From the NCBI GenBank assembly GCA_002189035.1, contig CM007991.1, positions 2,356,001 through 2,420,000 of the forward strand: a stretch of DNA of 64,000 bases. The letters run 5' to 3'. Position numbers and translations under genes: made by a program. The notes beneath the pieces are model-generated. The model saw only the letters and a program-made list of their open reading frames with translations, did no database searches and was not told where the DNA came from. The DNA is from Utricularia gibba (Eukaryota; Plantae; Magnoliophyta). Numbering within the stretch: the stretch's first letter is position 1; every line of letters starts with the position of its first letter. Shown here piece by piece: positions 62,416 through 64,000 of this stretch.

Positions 62416-62504
62416 ACACTCATTCCACGCCGTCATGGGTGTTGGTCTCACCTTCAACAGTACGCTTTCCTTCTTCACTTCAGTTCCTCTTTTTCTGTGT
62501 AACA

Positions 62505-64000
62505 ATGCGGAAGCCCTTGATTTCTCTATTGGCGCACTTACGGCAATGCCTTGGCAGCATCGCCGCAGGTCCCAATTCGTTGAACCGATCGATTTCTACG
62601 TATCCGTCCTCTATTCTTTGGAGGGAGCCTCTCCGGTGCGCTGTGTATAAGAATCCCTTCCGCGTTGCTCATACCCAACCCTTCTCCGCCAGCGCAAAGC
62701 TTTTGTCTGATAAAGTCTCGGGATCTTCTGGTGGTCAGAATCAGGAGGAAATAGGAGAAGAAGAACATGCGTTGGCGAGGCTTCTTTCTAACGAGCTCTT
62801 GCGATCGCCGGAAGCGGAAACTCTCCCGTTGCCCAAAAGACTCGACCTTTCATTTTCTCATGTTACTATTAGGCCCACCTTGCTGCTTGCAACGCTCAAC
62901 GTTTCCCCTGATGCGGGTCGTGTGGCGCTTGATTTCCTCACGTGGGTGAAGTCAAGGCCGGGCTTTGTAGCTACGGATGAGGTTTACTCTTACTGGGTAA
63001 GTTATTTTGGGAGAAGGAAGGATTTTAAGGCGATACATGATGTTCTTGTTGATGGCCGTGGAGTCGTTGGGGTGAAATGTTTCGAAGCTTTTGTTGATCG
63101 GTTGGTTCGGGCCGGAAGAGCGAGTGACGCCGTCGCATTATTTGGTAGGATGAAGAAAGATTACGGTTTTAAAAAAGATATGAGCTCTATGAAGTTTATT
63201 GTTTCGAGTCTCTGTGAGCGAGGATACGCCAGCTATGCTGAAAAGATGGTTAAGAGTCTGGCTAATGAGTTCTTTCCTGATGACTACATTTGTGATGCCT
63301 TGATCAGTGGTTGGTGTGTAGATGGTAAGTTAGAGGAGGCTAGAAGATTAGTGAATGAGATGTCCAGGGGAGGCTTCGAGATAAGTACATTTGCATATAA
63401 TTGTCTTCTAGACTGTGTTTGTCGGCTTTGCAGACAGAAAGATTCCTTCCGGCTTGAATCTGAGACGCAGAATCTGTTGATTGAGATGGAAAGAAAGGGT
63501 GTTCCCCGCAATGTGGATACCTTTAATGTGCTGATTACCAACTTATGCAAGATGAGAAAAACAGAGGACGCAATGAAGCTGTTTTCCAGGATGGGGGAAT
63601 GGAGCTGCCATCCCGATGAAACTACATTTATCGTTCTAATTAAGAGTTTGTATCAGGCAGCTCGGACAGGGGAAGGTGATGAGATGATTGATAGGATGAA
63701 ATCCGCTGGCTATGGAGATGCTCTAGATAAGAAGGTGTATTATGAATTTATTCGTATTTTGTGTGGAATTGAAAGATTCTACCATGCTTTGAGAGTTTTT
63801 GAAATGATGAAAAGGGACGGTTGTCAACCTGGGATTAAAACATATGACCTCTTGATGAAAAAACTATGTGCTCATGGACGTTTTAACAAGGCGAATGCAC
63901 TTTACAAGGAAGCTGAGAGCAATGGATTACCTGTTGAGCCAAAGGAATACAGGGTGGATCCTAAGTTTGTTAAAAAGAAAACTGTGGCTGTGAAGAAGGA
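62505..64000 (+). CDS. PNM1: PPR protein PNM1 (nucleus/mitochondrion-localised, mitoribosomal rPPR; At5g60960-like), runs off the right edge
   Basis: Not in the ORF track because it has no stop in the window. Open frame from ATG 62505: MRKPLISLLAHLRQ (presequence-like)...YFGRRKDFKAIHDVL...LIKSLYQAARTGEGDEMIDRMKSAG...YRVDPKFVKKK. Confidence 0.9.
   Translation, partial: MRKPLISLLAHLRQCLGSIAAGPNSLNRSISTYPSSILWREPLRCAVYKNPFRVAHTQPFSASAKLLSDKVSGSSGGQNQEEIGEEEHALARLLSNELLRSPEAETLPLPKRLDLSFSHVTIRPTLLLATLNVSPDAGRVALDFLTWVKSRPGFVATDEVYSYWVSYFGRRKDFKAIHDVLVDGRGVVGVKCFEAFVDRLVRAGRASDAVALFGRMKKDYGFKKDMSSMKFIVSSLCERGYASYAEKMVKSLANEFFPDDYICDALISGWCVDGKLEEARRLVNEMSRGGFEISTFAYNCLLDCVCRLCRQKDSFRLESETQNLLIEMERKGVPRNVDTFNVLITNLCKMRKTEDAMKLFSRMGEWSCHPDETTFIVLIKSLYQAARTGEGDEMIDRMKSAGYGDALDKKVYYEFIRILCGIERFYHALRVFEMMKRDGCQPGIKTYDLLMKKLCAHGRFNKANALYKEAESNGLPVEPKEYRVDPKFVKKKTVAVKK

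Overview
Gene-dense plant nuclear window, probably a core eudicot with a compact genome: about 24 protein-coding loci, a tRNA-Leu(CAG) and a polycistronic C/D snoRNA cluster in 64 kb, with mostly 65-250 nt introns. Left to right: NAP1-related chaperone (partial), PPR OTP87-like, tRNA-Leu, subgroup-1 R2R3-MYB, fold-back MITE, RKD, snoRNAs, disrupted ACHT thioredoxin, Mpo1/DUF962, GT37 fucosyltransferase, P-PPR, two uncharacterised membrane proteins, class II formin, P-PPR, HDA5-like, intronless ATXR2, PHD-SPOC protein, PLS-PPR, BSD2, LRR protein, SNAP33, CLE peptide, a gene remnant, presenilin, RPL36a, CCCH/FES1-like protein and PNM1 (partial). Fourteen frame breaks in eight genes are each repaired by adding one base to a short G/C homopolymer, which points to assembly error. 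The most notable observations are: a diverged duplicate of the formin 5' UTR/exon 1/donor site placed directly in front of an intronless PPR gene; a fully intronless ATXR2; an internal duplication of the first PPR motifs in OTP87; an extra intron in the MYB C-terminus; an unannotated snoRNA cluster; and a CLE gene hidden by a frameshift. Homologue names and Arabidopsis IDs are recalled from memory and need BLAST confirmation; exon boundaries were read by hand.
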